Positions 9,047 through 18,586 of a DNA stretch of 64,000 bases are shown here, in pieces. The position numbers and the translations under genes were made by a program. Under the pieces are notes generated by a model, which was given only the letters and a program-made list of their open reading frames with translations, made no database searches and was not told where the DNA came from. Each line of letters opens with the position of its first letter. The stretch's first letter is position 1. Source of the DNA: a candidate division WOR-3 bacterium (GTDB taxonomy: Bacteria; Hydrothermota; 32-111); the NCBI GenBank assembly GCA_039804105.1, contig JBDRZU010000002.1:256001-320000 (forward strand), read 5' to 3'.

Positions 9047-9746
9047 CTTTTTTGAATAGTATTATTCTTCCACAGTTGATACAGAATTCTATTTTTTTCA
9101 TAGATTTCACTTTATCAAAAAGTTGTGCTGGTATGGAAGAATAACAACCAAGACAGTACGGTTCGTTGATCAGTATGACTGCTCTTTTTTTCTTCTTTTC
9201 ATATATTTTTTGATATTTTTTTTGATATTCTTCAGGTAAAGATGAAACAAGTTTTTCCCTTTCAATATTAAGTTTCTCGTTTTCTTCTTCTATATCCTTT
9301 ATTATATTGTTGATCTCATCTATCTCCTTTTTTATCTTTTCCATAGTCGAATTTTCCTGTTCAAGTTTTTTTATATCGTTTTCAAGTTTTTCAATTTCAG
9401 AAAGGTTTTTTAGAATTTTATCTTCACTCTGAGATATTATATCCTTTTTGTGTTTTATACCTTCAGATATCATCATGTATTCATCATTAGATTTTACATT
9501 TGACAGATATTTTTTATCCTCTTCTATTTTATCCCTTAAAACCAATATTTTCTGTTCTATTTCCTTGTTTTCCTGTATAAGTTTTTCTTTTTCCTTTTTA
9601 AGATTTTCGATTTTTGATATGATCGTATCGAGTTGTTCCATTAACTCTTTTCTTTTAAAAGGTTTATCTCCCATTTTTATCCTGTTGTTTTCGATCCTTT
9701 CTTCTATCTGCCCTATTTTTTGAAATATTTCATATACATCTTCCAT
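9024..9746 (-). CDS. Coiled-coil hairpin plus C4 zinc ribbon protein (DUF164, HP0958/CT398-like)
   Basis: Long coiled coil followed by CLGC...CINCGRI. Confidence 0.85.
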   Translation of the reverse strand: MEDVYEIFQKIGQIEERIENNRIKMGDKPFKRKELMEQLDTIISKIENLKKEKEKLIQENKEIEQKILVLRDKIEEDKKYLSNVKSNDEYMMISEGIKHKKDIISQSEDKILKNLSEIEKLENDIKKLEQENSTMEKIKKEIDEINNIIKDIEEENEKLNIEREKLVSSLPEEYQKKYQKIYEKKKKRAVILINEPYCLGCYSSIPAQLFDKVKSMKKIEFCINCGRIILFKKDENSDKF

Positions 9747-9758
9747 CTTCACCTCCAT

Positions 9759-9790
9759 AAAAAAGGGAGTGTTTTAAAACACTCCCTTTT
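9759..9790 (-). terminator. Intrinsic terminator downstream of tRNA-Val
   Basis: Perfect palindrome aaaagggagtgttttaaaacactccctttt with A/T tracts on both sides. Confidence 0.75.
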
Positions 9791-9882
9791 AAATTTTATT
9801 GTTTCAAAATATATATTACTATCACTCACAAATCTTCCCTTGTTTATTTTTTTCAATTTTTTCCATACATACCTCTTTAATA

Positions 9883-9956
9883 TGGGCGAAACAGGAGTCG
9901 AACCTGTGATCTCCGGTATGTGAGACCGGCGCTCTAACCAACTGAGCCATTCGCCC
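9883..9956 (-). tRNA. tRNA-Val (CAC), CCA not encoded
   Basis: GGGCGAA/TTCGCCC acceptor stem, CCGGT-CTCACAT-ACCGG anticodon arm, GGTTCGACTCC T arm. Confidence 0.96.
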
Positions 9957-10060
9957 TAGAAAAAATAATTATAATTTTTTAAGTATTAAAGTCAAGTAAT
10001 TTATAAAATATTGTTGACTTTTAAATTTTTTGTATGTAAAATTTTAAAAAAGGAGGAACC

Positions 10061-11101
10061 ATGATGAAAAAAATTCTTTTTCTTATTATTGTATTTTCAC
10101 TCATTTTAACATCCTGTTTTCTTTTACCACAAAAGGTGAGTGTGGATGACACAAAAACATTTTTAAACGATTTTGAAAACTCGATTAACGATCCAACATC
10201 ACAGTATAATGGAGAAAATACAACTTTAAGTATGGCTGCTGCAAACGACTTTTTCAACAAAGGCGGAACATCAAAAGGCACATTTTTGTTCCCTTCAATT
10301 TCTTTCAGAAATCCATTTAGACCTGATGTGAAAAGTGTTCAACTGTTGTTTGATACTGTATATGGAACATATCAATATGATACATTAATAGATCCTTGGG
10401 GATATGAATATTATGATTTTGTTCTAGTTGATAACTCATACCCTGCTAATGGCTACCTTTTCAAATGGATCTTCATAGATTCACTTGGAACAAGTTATAA
10501 TATGAGATTTTTGTTTGATTCTTTACAGTACTACTCAGGGGATCCATATGAACAGACACCAACAAAAATGTATGTTGAACTTTCAGCAAATAACAGCAGA
10601 TTGATGTGGATGAGGATGAACGCACAGTATACAACTATTTCAGGCTACGATTATGACGAATATCAACCAACAAATTTACAAACACATTTTGAGATAACAA
10701 ATGAAGTTGCATTCGAACTTGATTATGTTGGGCATGAGAGTGGAGACACAACAGTTATTATTGATTCTCTAAGAGCAAAAATAGAAGATTTTGTTAACGA
10801 TGACTGGAATGAATACACTGTAAAGATGAATAGTGATGAAACAACTGATTTCACTATGGAGAATAAAGAGGGATGGTTCCTTGTGATAAATGCTGAAAAA
10901 CCTGTTGAAGTTGATTCTGTTTACACAAAAACCGATTATACTGGAGAGTTAAAATTCAAAGGAACACATGCTGCAGATCTTGAAGGATACTTCTGGAATC
11001 CAGAGGATGTCAATCATCTTTCGATTATGGTTGCAACATACCCTGATGGTTCAACAGATACAATAATTTTAAATCCTCCGGTGCCTCAAACAAAAAGGTA
11101 A
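10061..11101 (+). CDS. Hypothetical lipoprotein
   Basis: Lipobox LTSC, AGGAGG RBS, TTGACT-N17-TAAAAT promoter; acidic and rich in aromatic residues; family not recognised. Confidence 0.75.
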   Translation: MMKKILFLIIVFSLILTSCFLLPQKVSVDDTKTFLNDFENSINDPTSQYNGENTTLSMAAANDFFNKGGTSKGTFLFPSISFRNPFRPDVKSVQLLFDTVYGTYQYDTLIDPWGYEYYDFVLVDNSYPANGYLFKWIFIDSLGTSYNMRFLFDSLQYYSGDPYEQTPTKMYVELSANNSRLMWMRMNAQYTTISGYDYDEYQPTNLQTHFEITNEVAFELDYVGHESGDTTVIIDSLRAKIEDFVNDDWNEYTVKMNSDETTDFTMENKEGWFLVINAEKPVEVDSVYTKTDYTGELKFKGTHAADLEGYFWNPEDVNHLSIMVATYPDGSTDTIILNPPVPQTKR

Positions 11102-11106
11102 ATTTT

Positions 11107-11130
11107 AAAGGGGAGTTTTAACTCCCCTTA
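11107..11130 (+). terminator. Probable intrinsic terminator
   Basis: taaggggag-tttt-aa-ctcccctta hairpin directly after the stop codon. Confidence 0.65.
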
Positions 11131-11135
11131 TCTTT

Positions 11136-14100
11136 ATGAGGAACTTAGTACCTTCTTTTATAATAGATAAATTGAATTCAAATCTCACAAGAGGTAATTT
11201 TTTTGGTTATGTTGTAAGTGGGGATATCGAAAATTTTACACCGATGGTAGAAAATCTGATGAAAAAAGACAAAGAGGGAGCAGAGATACTTGGAAACATC
11301 TTGAACAGAACTCTTGGAAATGTGACCGATATTATATATAAAAACAATGGCTTTATAACATCGTTTTCAGGAGATGCATTCACCGCAATATTTTCAGATG
11401 AAAAATCGTTTGTTAATGTACTCCAGGTTTCAAAACAGATACTTGATATTTTTTCAAATCTTAACAGAAAAGGTGGGGTGAAACTCAACATAAGGTTGGG
11501 TATATCCTCAGGAAATATCGATTGGGCAATCTTTAACAATGAAAGATCAATATATTATTTTAGAGGTTGTGGTATAAACTCGGCGATAAGAATCCAACAT
11601 GGTAATGAATCATCTGTTATCAAAGTTGATAAAAATCTTATTGAAAAAATAGATAAAAATTTTATTAAAGAAATAAAAGATGAATATTTTATAGTTGATG
11701 ATCAAAAACTTGAACCATCCAAAAACTTGAATGAAAAAATTGAAATCATTCCATTTAAAAGTTTGAATTCAAAATTTTTTCCAGAGATCATTTCTGATCT
11801 AAAAATCGAAGGAGAATTCAGAAAGGTTATTCCAATTTTTATAAATTTCCCATTCGATCTTGATGATGAAAAATTGGATCTCTTTTTAAAAATACTCGAT
11901 GAAAATTCAAAGAATTATAACGCATATTTGAACAAGGTAGAATTTGGAGATAAGGGGGGAATGGCACTTCTTATCTTTGGGGCTCCCTATACACAAGAGG
12001 ATATGGTTGAAAGAGCGATCCTTTGCTCCACAGGCATATTTAACCACTTGAACGAAAAAGGAATAAAAGTAACGATCGGTCTTGATTATGGAACAACATA
12101 TTCAGGTTTCATTGGAAGTACATTCTGGCAAGAGTATACGGTAATAGGTGACATAGTTAACACCTCGGCACGAATTGCAACATTAAATAAATTCAGCGTT
12201 ATGATTTCCGAAAGGTTGGCAGGCGAAACAAAGAGGGTTGAATTTTCTGATGAAACAGAAATTTCCCTAAAAGGAAAAGAAAAAAAGATAAAAGTTCTAA
12301 CTGTTAAAAATATAACACCGAAAAAAAATTTTGATTTTATATCCCCTTTTATAGAAAGAAAAAATGTAACAGAAAAACTTGAAAAGTTTTTAAAAAATAT
12401 TGATCAGAAAAGGATAACCGGAATAGTCAACATCTCTGGCGAAAGTGGAACAGGAAAAACAAGAATCTCTTTTGAACTCTTTTCAAAACTTGGATATGAA
12501 CCTCTTTACACAACTGCTGATCCTATAATAAAAGAACCGATGATGTCTATTAAAAATCTTTTTGCGAACATAATCGGAATCAACACATTTGATAAGGAAA
12601 TCAAAAGAAAAGAGATTTTAAAAAAATTTTCACAAGATTTTGAAAAATTCTATGAAATCGAAAATGAGAGATTGTATTCTTTTTTACTTTATTTCTTTAA
12701 CCATGACGAAACATATCTGATAAAAAATCTTCCAGCAAGAGAAAAATTAGAGGGCACATTTTTCACTCTAAAAAACATTCTCTTCAAAAATATTAAAGAT
12801 AAAAAGATCGCATTGATTTTTGATGACTTTATGTGGGCTGATCAGGAGACGGTTGATTTTATAAACTATCTTTTGAGGGATCAGTATGAATTCAAAGGAG
12901 TTCCTTTTGTTTTTCTTTACAGAGAAGAAAACGAAAATATAAGAAGGTTAAAAAAATTAGGTTTTGAATCCATAGTTATAAAACTTGAGAATTTTAATTT
13001 TGAAAATGTTAAAACATTTCTGCAAAACTTTTTTAAAAGCGAGATCTCAAAAGAACTGTTAAACACTCTATGGCAAAAAAGTGAAGGTAATCCATTATTC
13101 CTTGAACAACTTTCGGTTCACCTTGTTAATAATGGATTATTGATAAATAAAGATGGTATGATAAGTTTAAAGGAAACAGAATACGAAATACCCTCAAATA
13201 TCGATAGATTGATAGTGTCCCGACTCGATTCACTCTCAGCGATCACAAGAGATGGAGTTCAAAAAGCGTCTATTATTGGAAAAGAGTTTGAAATAATTTT
13301 GCTTTCATTTTTAATTGAAAAAAAACATCTCAATAAGATACTTTCTGAAGCTGAAAAAAATAAGATAATCACAATTATTTCTGATAAAACTGCACTTTTC
13401 AGACATATTCTTTTATATGAGATAACTTACAAAATGCAGTTTAAAAAAGTGGTAGAAAAATTACATAGAAGAATTGGTGAACTTTACGAAACACTTTTTA
13501 AAGAAAATCTCATAAATTACTATGAAACACTCTATTATCATTTTTCTAAGGCAAATGTTAAAAACAAAGCGATATATTATTTAAAAAAATCGATCGAAAA
13601 GGATATATCATCTTTTTCAAATGAGAATGCTATAAAACTTATAGACCAATATCTTCAATATAGAATAAAAAAAGATGAAAAGATTCTGTTTACCATTAAA
13701 AAAGCAGAAATACTATCACATATTGGAAAATATAAAGATTCAATAAAAGAGTATAAAAAAATTTTAAGAGAACAGAATCTTAAGTCAAAAACAAAAGCTA
13801 TCGTTTTGAAAGGCATTGGGAATTCTTTCTGGGCGATGGGGGATTATAAAAAAGCATTATCAGAATATAAAAAGAGTTTAAAAATTGTTAACACTTTAAA
13901 AGACAACAAAGAGATTGCAGATATTTACGAAAAGATCGGGATCGTATATTACAACAGAGGCGATTATTTAAAATCAAAAGAAATGTTTAACATCGCATTA
14001 AAATATGCGAAAAAGGATATAGAAAAAAGATTTTCAATCTATTCAAACCTTGGACTTTTACTCTACAGACAGGGAAACTATGAAAAGGCGATGGAGTATT

Positions 14101-14804
14101 ATACAAGATCACTCGATTATGCGAAGAAGAACAATAATCTTTCTGATCAGGCATTATTCCATCTTAGAATAGGACTTATTCATTATGAAAAACAGGAATA
14201 TGATAAGGCACTTAAAAATTATTTTGTTTCCCTCGATCTTAATAGAAAAACCGGTAACAGAAGGAATGAGGGAGTCACTTTAGGAAACATTGGAACCGTT
14301 TACAACGAAATGGGTGAAACTGACAAAGCTTTAGATTATCTTTTTAAAGCGTTACAGATCGATAAAGAGATAAACAATCTTGAAAATGAATCAATAATTT
14401 TGGGTAACATTGCAAACATTTATGGATCAAAAGAGGACTGGGAATCATCCCTTAAATACTATAAGGAGGCACTTGAGGTTGATCGAAAAATAGGAAGCAA
14501 ATGGTCAGAAGCAATAGATCTTGGAAACATCGGACAACTTTTCAAACTTCAGAAGAAATACAAAGAAGCTGATGAATATTTTAAAAAATGTATAAAAATA
14601 ATAAAAGAGATGAACGCAAGATATCCTTTAAGTCATTTTTTGTACCATCGTGCCCTACTTTTATATGAGATGAAAAACTTTCAACTATCTTTAAAACTTT
14701 CCAAAGAATCACTAAAAATAGCAAAAGAATTGAAAAAAGAGAACCTTGTCAAAAGTTGTGAAGATCTGTTAAAGAAATTGGAGGAAAAAAATGTTAAAAT
14801 GTAA
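11136..14804 (+). CDS. Tandem class III nucleotide cyclase + STAND ATPase + TPR protein (soluble adenylyl cyclase-like)
   Basis: GDIENFT/FSGDAF (domain 1), FGDKG/IGDIVNTSAR (domain 2), Walker A GESGTGKT, Walker B LIFDD, GNPLFL, C-terminal TPRs. Confidence 0.9.
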   Translation: MRNLVPSFIIDKLNSNLTRGNFFGYVVSGDIENFTPMVENLMKKDKEGAEILGNILNRTLGNVTDIIYKNNGFITSFSGDAFTAIFSDEKSFVNVLQVSKQILDIFSNLNRKGGVKLNIRLGISSGNIDWAIFNNERSIYYFRGCGINSAIRIQHGNESSVIKVDKNLIEKIDKNFIKEIKDEYFIVDDQKLEPSKNLNEKIEIIPFKSLNSKFFPEIISDLKIEGEFRKVIPIFINFPFDLDDEKLDLFLKILDENSKNYNAYLNKVEFGDKGGMALLIFGAPYTQEDMVERAILCSTGIFNHLNEKGIKVTIGLDYGTTYSGFIGSTFWQEYTVIGDIVNTSARIATLNKFSVMISERLAGETKRVEFSDETEISLKGKEKKIKVLTVKNITPKKNFDFISPFIERKNVTEKLEKFLKNIDQKRITGIVNISGESGTGKTRISFELFSKLGYEPLYTTADPIIKEPMMSIKNLFANIIGINTFDKEIKRKEILKKFSQDFEKFYEIENERLYSFLLYFFNHDETYLIKNLPAREKLEGTFFTLKNILFKNIKDKKIALIFDDFMWADQETVDFINYLLRDQYEFKGVPFVFLYREENENIRRLKKLGFESIVIKLENFNFENVKTFLQNFFKSEISKELLNTLWQKSEGNPLFLEQLSVHLVNNGLLINKDGMISLKETEYEIPSNIDRLIVSRLDSLSAITRDGVQKASIIGKEFEIILLSFLIEKKHLNKILSEAEKNKIITIISDKTALFRHILLYEITYKMQFKKVVEKLHRRIGELYETLFKENLINYYETLYYHFSKANVKNKAIYYLKKSIEKDISSFSNENAIKLIDQYLQYRIKKDEKILFTIKKAEILSHIGKYKDSIKEYKKILREQNLKSKTKAIVLKGIGNSFWAMGDYKKALSEYKKSLKIVNTLKDNKEIADIYEKIGIVYYNRGDYLKSKEMFNIALKYAKKDIEKRFSIYSNLGLLLYRQGNYEKAMEYYTRSLDYAKKNNNLSDQALFHLRIGLIHYEKQEYDKALKNYFVSLDLNRKTGNRRNEGVTLGNIGTVYNEMGETDKALDYLFKALQIDKEINNLENESIILGNIANIYGSKEDWESSLKYYKEALEVDRKIGSKWSEAIDLGNIGQLFKLQKKYKEADEYFKKCIKIIKEMNARYPLSHFLYHRALLLYEMKNFQLSLKLSKESLKIAKELKKENLVKSCEDLLKKLEEKNVKM

Positions 14805-14982
14805 CAACACCAATGAATGTTCGTGCACTTATCCAGGTTGTTCAAGACATGGAAAATGTTGTGAATGTGTCGCATACCATAGAAAATATAACGAATTTCC
14901 AGGTTGCTTTTTTTCTAAAGATGGAGAAAAAACTTACGATAGATCTTTTGAAAATCTTGTAAAAGATAGAAGGAAAAATTAA
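14791..14982 (+). CDS. Small Cys-rich protein (DUF6485-like)
   Basis: CSCTYPGCSRHGKCCECVAYH...PGCFF...TYDRS, GGAGG RBS. Confidence 0.8.
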   Translation: MLKCNNTNECSCTYPGCSRHGKCCECVAYHRKYNEFPGCFFSKDGEKTYDRSFENLVKDRRKN

Positions 14983-15027
14983 ATCTCTTGTCTTTTTAAA
15001 TATTGATAATATAATAATATTTTTGAT

Positions 15028-15100
15028 GGGCCAGTGGCTCAGTTGGGAGAGCGCATCCTTCGCAAGGATGAGGTCGGCGGTTCGACTCCGCTCTGGTCCA
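15028..15100 (+). tRNA. tRNA-Ala (CGC), CCA not encoded
   Basis: GGGCCAG/CTGGTCC with G3:U70, CATCC-TTCGCAA-GGATG anticodon arm, GGTTCGACTCC. Confidence 0.96.
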
Positions 15101-15118
15101 TTTTAAAAAAGGAGAAAG

Positions 15119-16207
15119 ATGATCAAAAGGATTGGAATTTTAACTGGTGGTGGTGACTGTCCAGGATTGAATGCTGTGATCAGAGCATCAGTTAAATCAG
15201 CTATTTTGCACTACGGCTGGGAAGTCCTTGGGATAATTGATGGTTTTGATGGATTGATAATGCCAGACAAAATTTTTAAAATGGATTTAAACACGATAAA
15301 AGGCATACTTCCAAAAGGGGGAACAATTCTTGGAACATCAAACAGAGGTAACCCTTTCAAATATCCTGTAAAAAAGAATGGTGAAATAGTAACTGAGGAT
15401 AAATCTGATGAAATTTTAAAAAATATTTTGAAATTTGGAATCGATGGATTGATCGTTATAGGTGGAGATGGAACTTTAAATATTGCATACCAACTCTATA
15501 AAAAAGGTGCCAACATCGTTGGAGTACCTAAAACGATTGATAACGATCTTGCAAAGACCGACTATACATTTGGTTTCTTTACCGCTGTAAACACAGCAAC
15601 AGATGCTATAGATAAACTACATACAACAGCAGAATCACATCACAGGATCATGATCGTTGAAGTAATGGGAAGAGACGCTGGATGGATAGCTTTAAATTCG
15701 GGTATAGCAGGTGGTGCTGACATAATACTCATTCCCGAAATACCTTTCAGCATCGACAAAATCATCGAAAAAATAAATGAGAGAAACTCAAGAGGATCAC
15801 ATTTTTCAATCATTGTTGTTGCCGAAGGTGCATACGAAAAAGGAAAAGATAAACATTATATAGAAAAGGCGAAAAATGAAGGCACATTACCAAGATATGG
15901 TGGAATAAGTAACTATATCGCCTCCCTCCTGAGTGAAAAAACAGATATGGAGATCAGAACAACAATTTTGGGACATATTCAGAGGGGTGGATCTCCTACA
16001 GCGTATGATAGAATCTTATCTTCAAGATTTGGTGTTGAGGTCTGCGATCTAATAGCACAGAAAAAGTTTGGATATATGGTCAGTTTGGTGGGAACAGAAA
16101 TAGTTTCAAGACCAATCGAGGAGAGTATAAGTAAACAAAAACTTGTCGATCCATATGGACAACTCGTCGAAACAGCGAGAAGATTGCAGATTTCTTTGGG
16201 GGATTGA
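15119..16207 (+). CDS. pfkA: 6-phosphofructokinase (GGDG type, probably ATP-dependent)
   Basis: TGGGDCPGLN, GGDGT, PKTIDND, EVMGR, LGHIQRGG. Confidence 0.95.
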   Translation: MIKRIGILTGGGDCPGLNAVIRASVKSAILHYGWEVLGIIDGFDGLIMPDKIFKMDLNTIKGILPKGGTILGTSNRGNPFKYPVKKNGEIVTEDKSDEILKNILKFGIDGLIVIGGDGTLNIAYQLYKKGANIVGVPKTIDNDLAKTDYTFGFFTAVNTATDAIDKLHTTAESHHRIMIVEVMGRDAGWIALNSGIAGGADIILIPEIPFSIDKIIEKINERNSRGSHFSIIVVAEGAYEKGKDKHYIEKAKNEGTLPRYGGISNYIASLLSEKTDMEIRTTILGHIQRGGSPTAYDRILSSRFGVEVCDLIAQKKFGYMVSLVGTEIVSRPIEESISKQKLVDPYGQLVETARRLQISLGD

Positions 16208-16211
16208 ATAT

Positions 16212-17402
16212 ATGAGAGTTTTAATAGTTACTCCTTTTCCTTTGGTCGCATCTCAGAGTGGAATATATTCAAAAGATATAGCTACCTACCTTACAAATCA
16301 AGGTGATGAAGTTCTGGTCGTGAATTTTGATAACGAAGAAACAACCTATAACGAACAATTTAAAATCACAACTTTGTTTTTTGGAAACAATAAAATACCT
16401 TTTAAATTCCCCTGTTTCACAACACATCCACACACCGATAAAAATTTCTATCAGATGACTTTACAGGAAATAGAAATTTATGAAAAATATTTAAACATTG
16501 CATTATCAAAAATAATAGAATATTTTAAACCAGATATCATACATTCCCAATACCTTTGGATAAACACAAAGATTCTTGGAGAGATAAAAAATGGTATACC
16601 TCTTGTTTCGACAAGTTTTGGAAACGAGATACAGGTATCTTCTGAGGATATAAGATATGAAGAATATGTTAACAAAGCTGTTGAGTACTCACGATTTATA
16701 GTTGCACCATCAAAACAGATAGAGTTATTGTTGAGAGAAAAATTCAAACTCGATGCAGTAAAATTGAAATTGATCTATAAAGGATACGATGATGATCAGT
16801 TCAAATTTATAGATGATAACTTTGAAACATATAGGGAATATTTTGGAATAAGCGATGAGATAAAATATATTGTTCTTTTTCCTGAGAGTTTAAACTATAT
16901 GAAAGGAGCTGATATTTCGATCGGTTGTGCAAAAAAAATTTTAGAAATTCGAAAAGATATATGTTTCATTTTTACAGGAAAAGGAGATTTTAGAAAAGAG
17001 ATAGAGGATCTCGTAAAAACAGATCATAAACATTTTCTATATTTTCCCGATCTAACATATGAAGAGCGACCAACAGTGTTCCATATAGCTGATCTTGTTG
17101 TTCTACCTTTAAGATTTGAGCAGTTTGGAACAATCGCTCTACAATCTTTTGCGATGGGAACGCCAGTTTTATCTTCAGATGTTGGAGAATTACAATTTTT
17201 TGTTAACAATGAAAATGGAAAAGTATTAAAAGAGATCAATATCGAAAATTTTTACAAAGGTATCATAGAAATGATTGAAAAAAATTTTAAAAAGAAGTGT
17301 TCACTTTTCTGTCATCAGTACGCTTTCAGAAACTTTTCAAAAAATTCTGGACTCGCTTTATTAAAAAAGCTTTACGAGTATGCTCTTACTGAAAAATATT
17401 AG
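16212..17402 (+). CDS. Glycosyltransferase family 4
   Basis: PDIIH, EQFG...AMGTPV GT-B motif. Confidence 0.85.
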   Translation: MRVLIVTPFPLVASQSGIYSKDIATYLTNQGDEVLVVNFDNEETTYNEQFKITTLFFGNNKIPFKFPCFTTHPHTDKNFYQMTLQEIEIYEKYLNIALSKIIEYFKPDIIHSQYLWINTKILGEIKNGIPLVSTSFGNEIQVSSEDIRYEEYVNKAVEYSRFIVAPSKQIELLLREKFKLDAVKLKLIYKGYDDDQFKFIDDNFETYREYFGISDEIKYIVLFPESLNYMKGADISIGCAKKILEIRKDICFIFTGKGDFRKEIEDLVKTDHKHFLYFPDLTYEERPTVFHIADLVVLPLRFEQFGTIALQSFAMGTPVLSSDVGELQFFVNNENGKVLKEINIENFYKGIIEMIEKNFKKKCSLFCHQYAFRNFSKNSGLALLKKLYEYALTEKY

Positions 17403-17410
17403 GAGGCAGG

Positions 17411-18586
17411 ATGGAGATAAGAAAAGAATCTATCTGTGGTTCTGAAAATCCCAATGATGTTCTCATAAAAATTGAACCGGCTGAAAACGGTATAGACATT
17501 GAAGTTTCCTCAAACTCTGGAGAAGAGCAGTTCACAAAAATAAAAAATCTTGTTGATCAGATTCTCAATTTTTATGGTATAGTTAACGCAAAAATTACTA
17601 TTAAAGATTTTGGAGCACCAGATTTTATAATCAAAGCGAGAATGGAAACCGTAATAAAAAGAGCGTCTCAGGAAATCGAAAAAAAGATCTATGTTGAAAA
17701 AATGGATTTGAGATATCAACCGATAAGATCAATCTTCAAAATCAATGTCAATAATCCAAAATATCTGAACGACTCTTTCAAATTAAAACCTGATGCGTAT
17801 CTTTTAGATCTTTATAAAGGGATTCCTTTGAACGAAAAAGATAGTTCAAGAATTCTTGTTGGAAATTTTCTAAATGAAAAATTGAATGAAACAATATTTA
17901 GAATGGTAAAAATAAATCCCCTAGATCTCGGTGGTAATGATGATATAGATTATCTTACTCAGTTCTCTCCAGATTTTTTTGTATTGACTAAATGTGAAAC
18001 AGAGTTCGATGTAAAGAAAACTTTGGAGTTGGTTGAAAAAGCAGAAAAAAAATATAAGATTTTTAACAGGACAATGCTAATCCCTTCAATTGAATCAGTT
18101 AAAGGATTGATAAACCTATATGAGATCTCTTCTGTTTCTGATAGAGTTTTCGGAGCGATCTTAAACATTAAAGAATATTTAACATCTCTTGCTCTTCCTT
18201 CTGACAACATTACAGACCATATCTATTTTGCTAAACTTGAATTCATAACAAAGGTAAAAGCAGCAAACATAATGGCTTTTGATACAACAACTTCCAAAAT
18301 AGATAACAACGATGAGATTAAAGAGGAACTGAGAATTTCATGGGATATGGGTTTTGATGGAAAAATTGTAACGCATCCAAAAATAATAGAACTGGTAAAC
18401 TCCATCTTTAAGATAGAAGGGAACATGGAAAAATATGAAAACATCACTTCATTGTATTCAAAAGCAAACGATATGGGTTCAGGACTCGTGTTGAATAACT
18501 CTTACCTTGTGGACAAATATGAAATCATAAAATCTATAAAATTCGTTCAACTCTCAAAAATAAATAGAGAAGAGACAAAGGAGTGA
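17411..18586 (+). CDS. Citrate lyase ACP (CitD)-CitE/HpcH fusion, degenerate
   Basis: N-terminal ACP-like segment (DFGAPDFIIKARMET); CitE-like IES..G and MGFDGK..HP; several catalytic positions appear substituted. Confidence 0.75.
   Translation: MEIRKESICGSENPNDVLIKIEPAENGIDIEVSSNSGEEQFTKIKNLVDQILNFYGIVNAKITIKDFGAPDFIIKARMETVIKRASQEIEKKIYVEKMDLRYQPIRSIFKINVNNPKYLNDSFKLKPDAYLLDLYKGIPLNEKDSSRILVGNFLNEKLNETIFRMVKINPLDLGGNDDIDYLTQFSPDFFVLTKCETEFDVKKTLELVEKAEKKYKIFNRTMLIPSIESVKGLINLYEISSVSDRVFGAILNIKEYLTSLALPSDNITDHIYFAKLEFITKVKAANIMAFDTTTSKIDNNDEIKEELRISWDMGFDGKIVTHPKIIELVNSIFKIEGNMEKYENITSLYSKANDMGSGLVLNNSYLVDKYEIIKSIKFVQLSKINREETKE

Noticed and set aside
9957..15027. tRNA-integrated genomic island
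   Set aside because: The segment lies at the 5' side of both tRNAs, with no integrase or duplicated tRNA 3' end seen.
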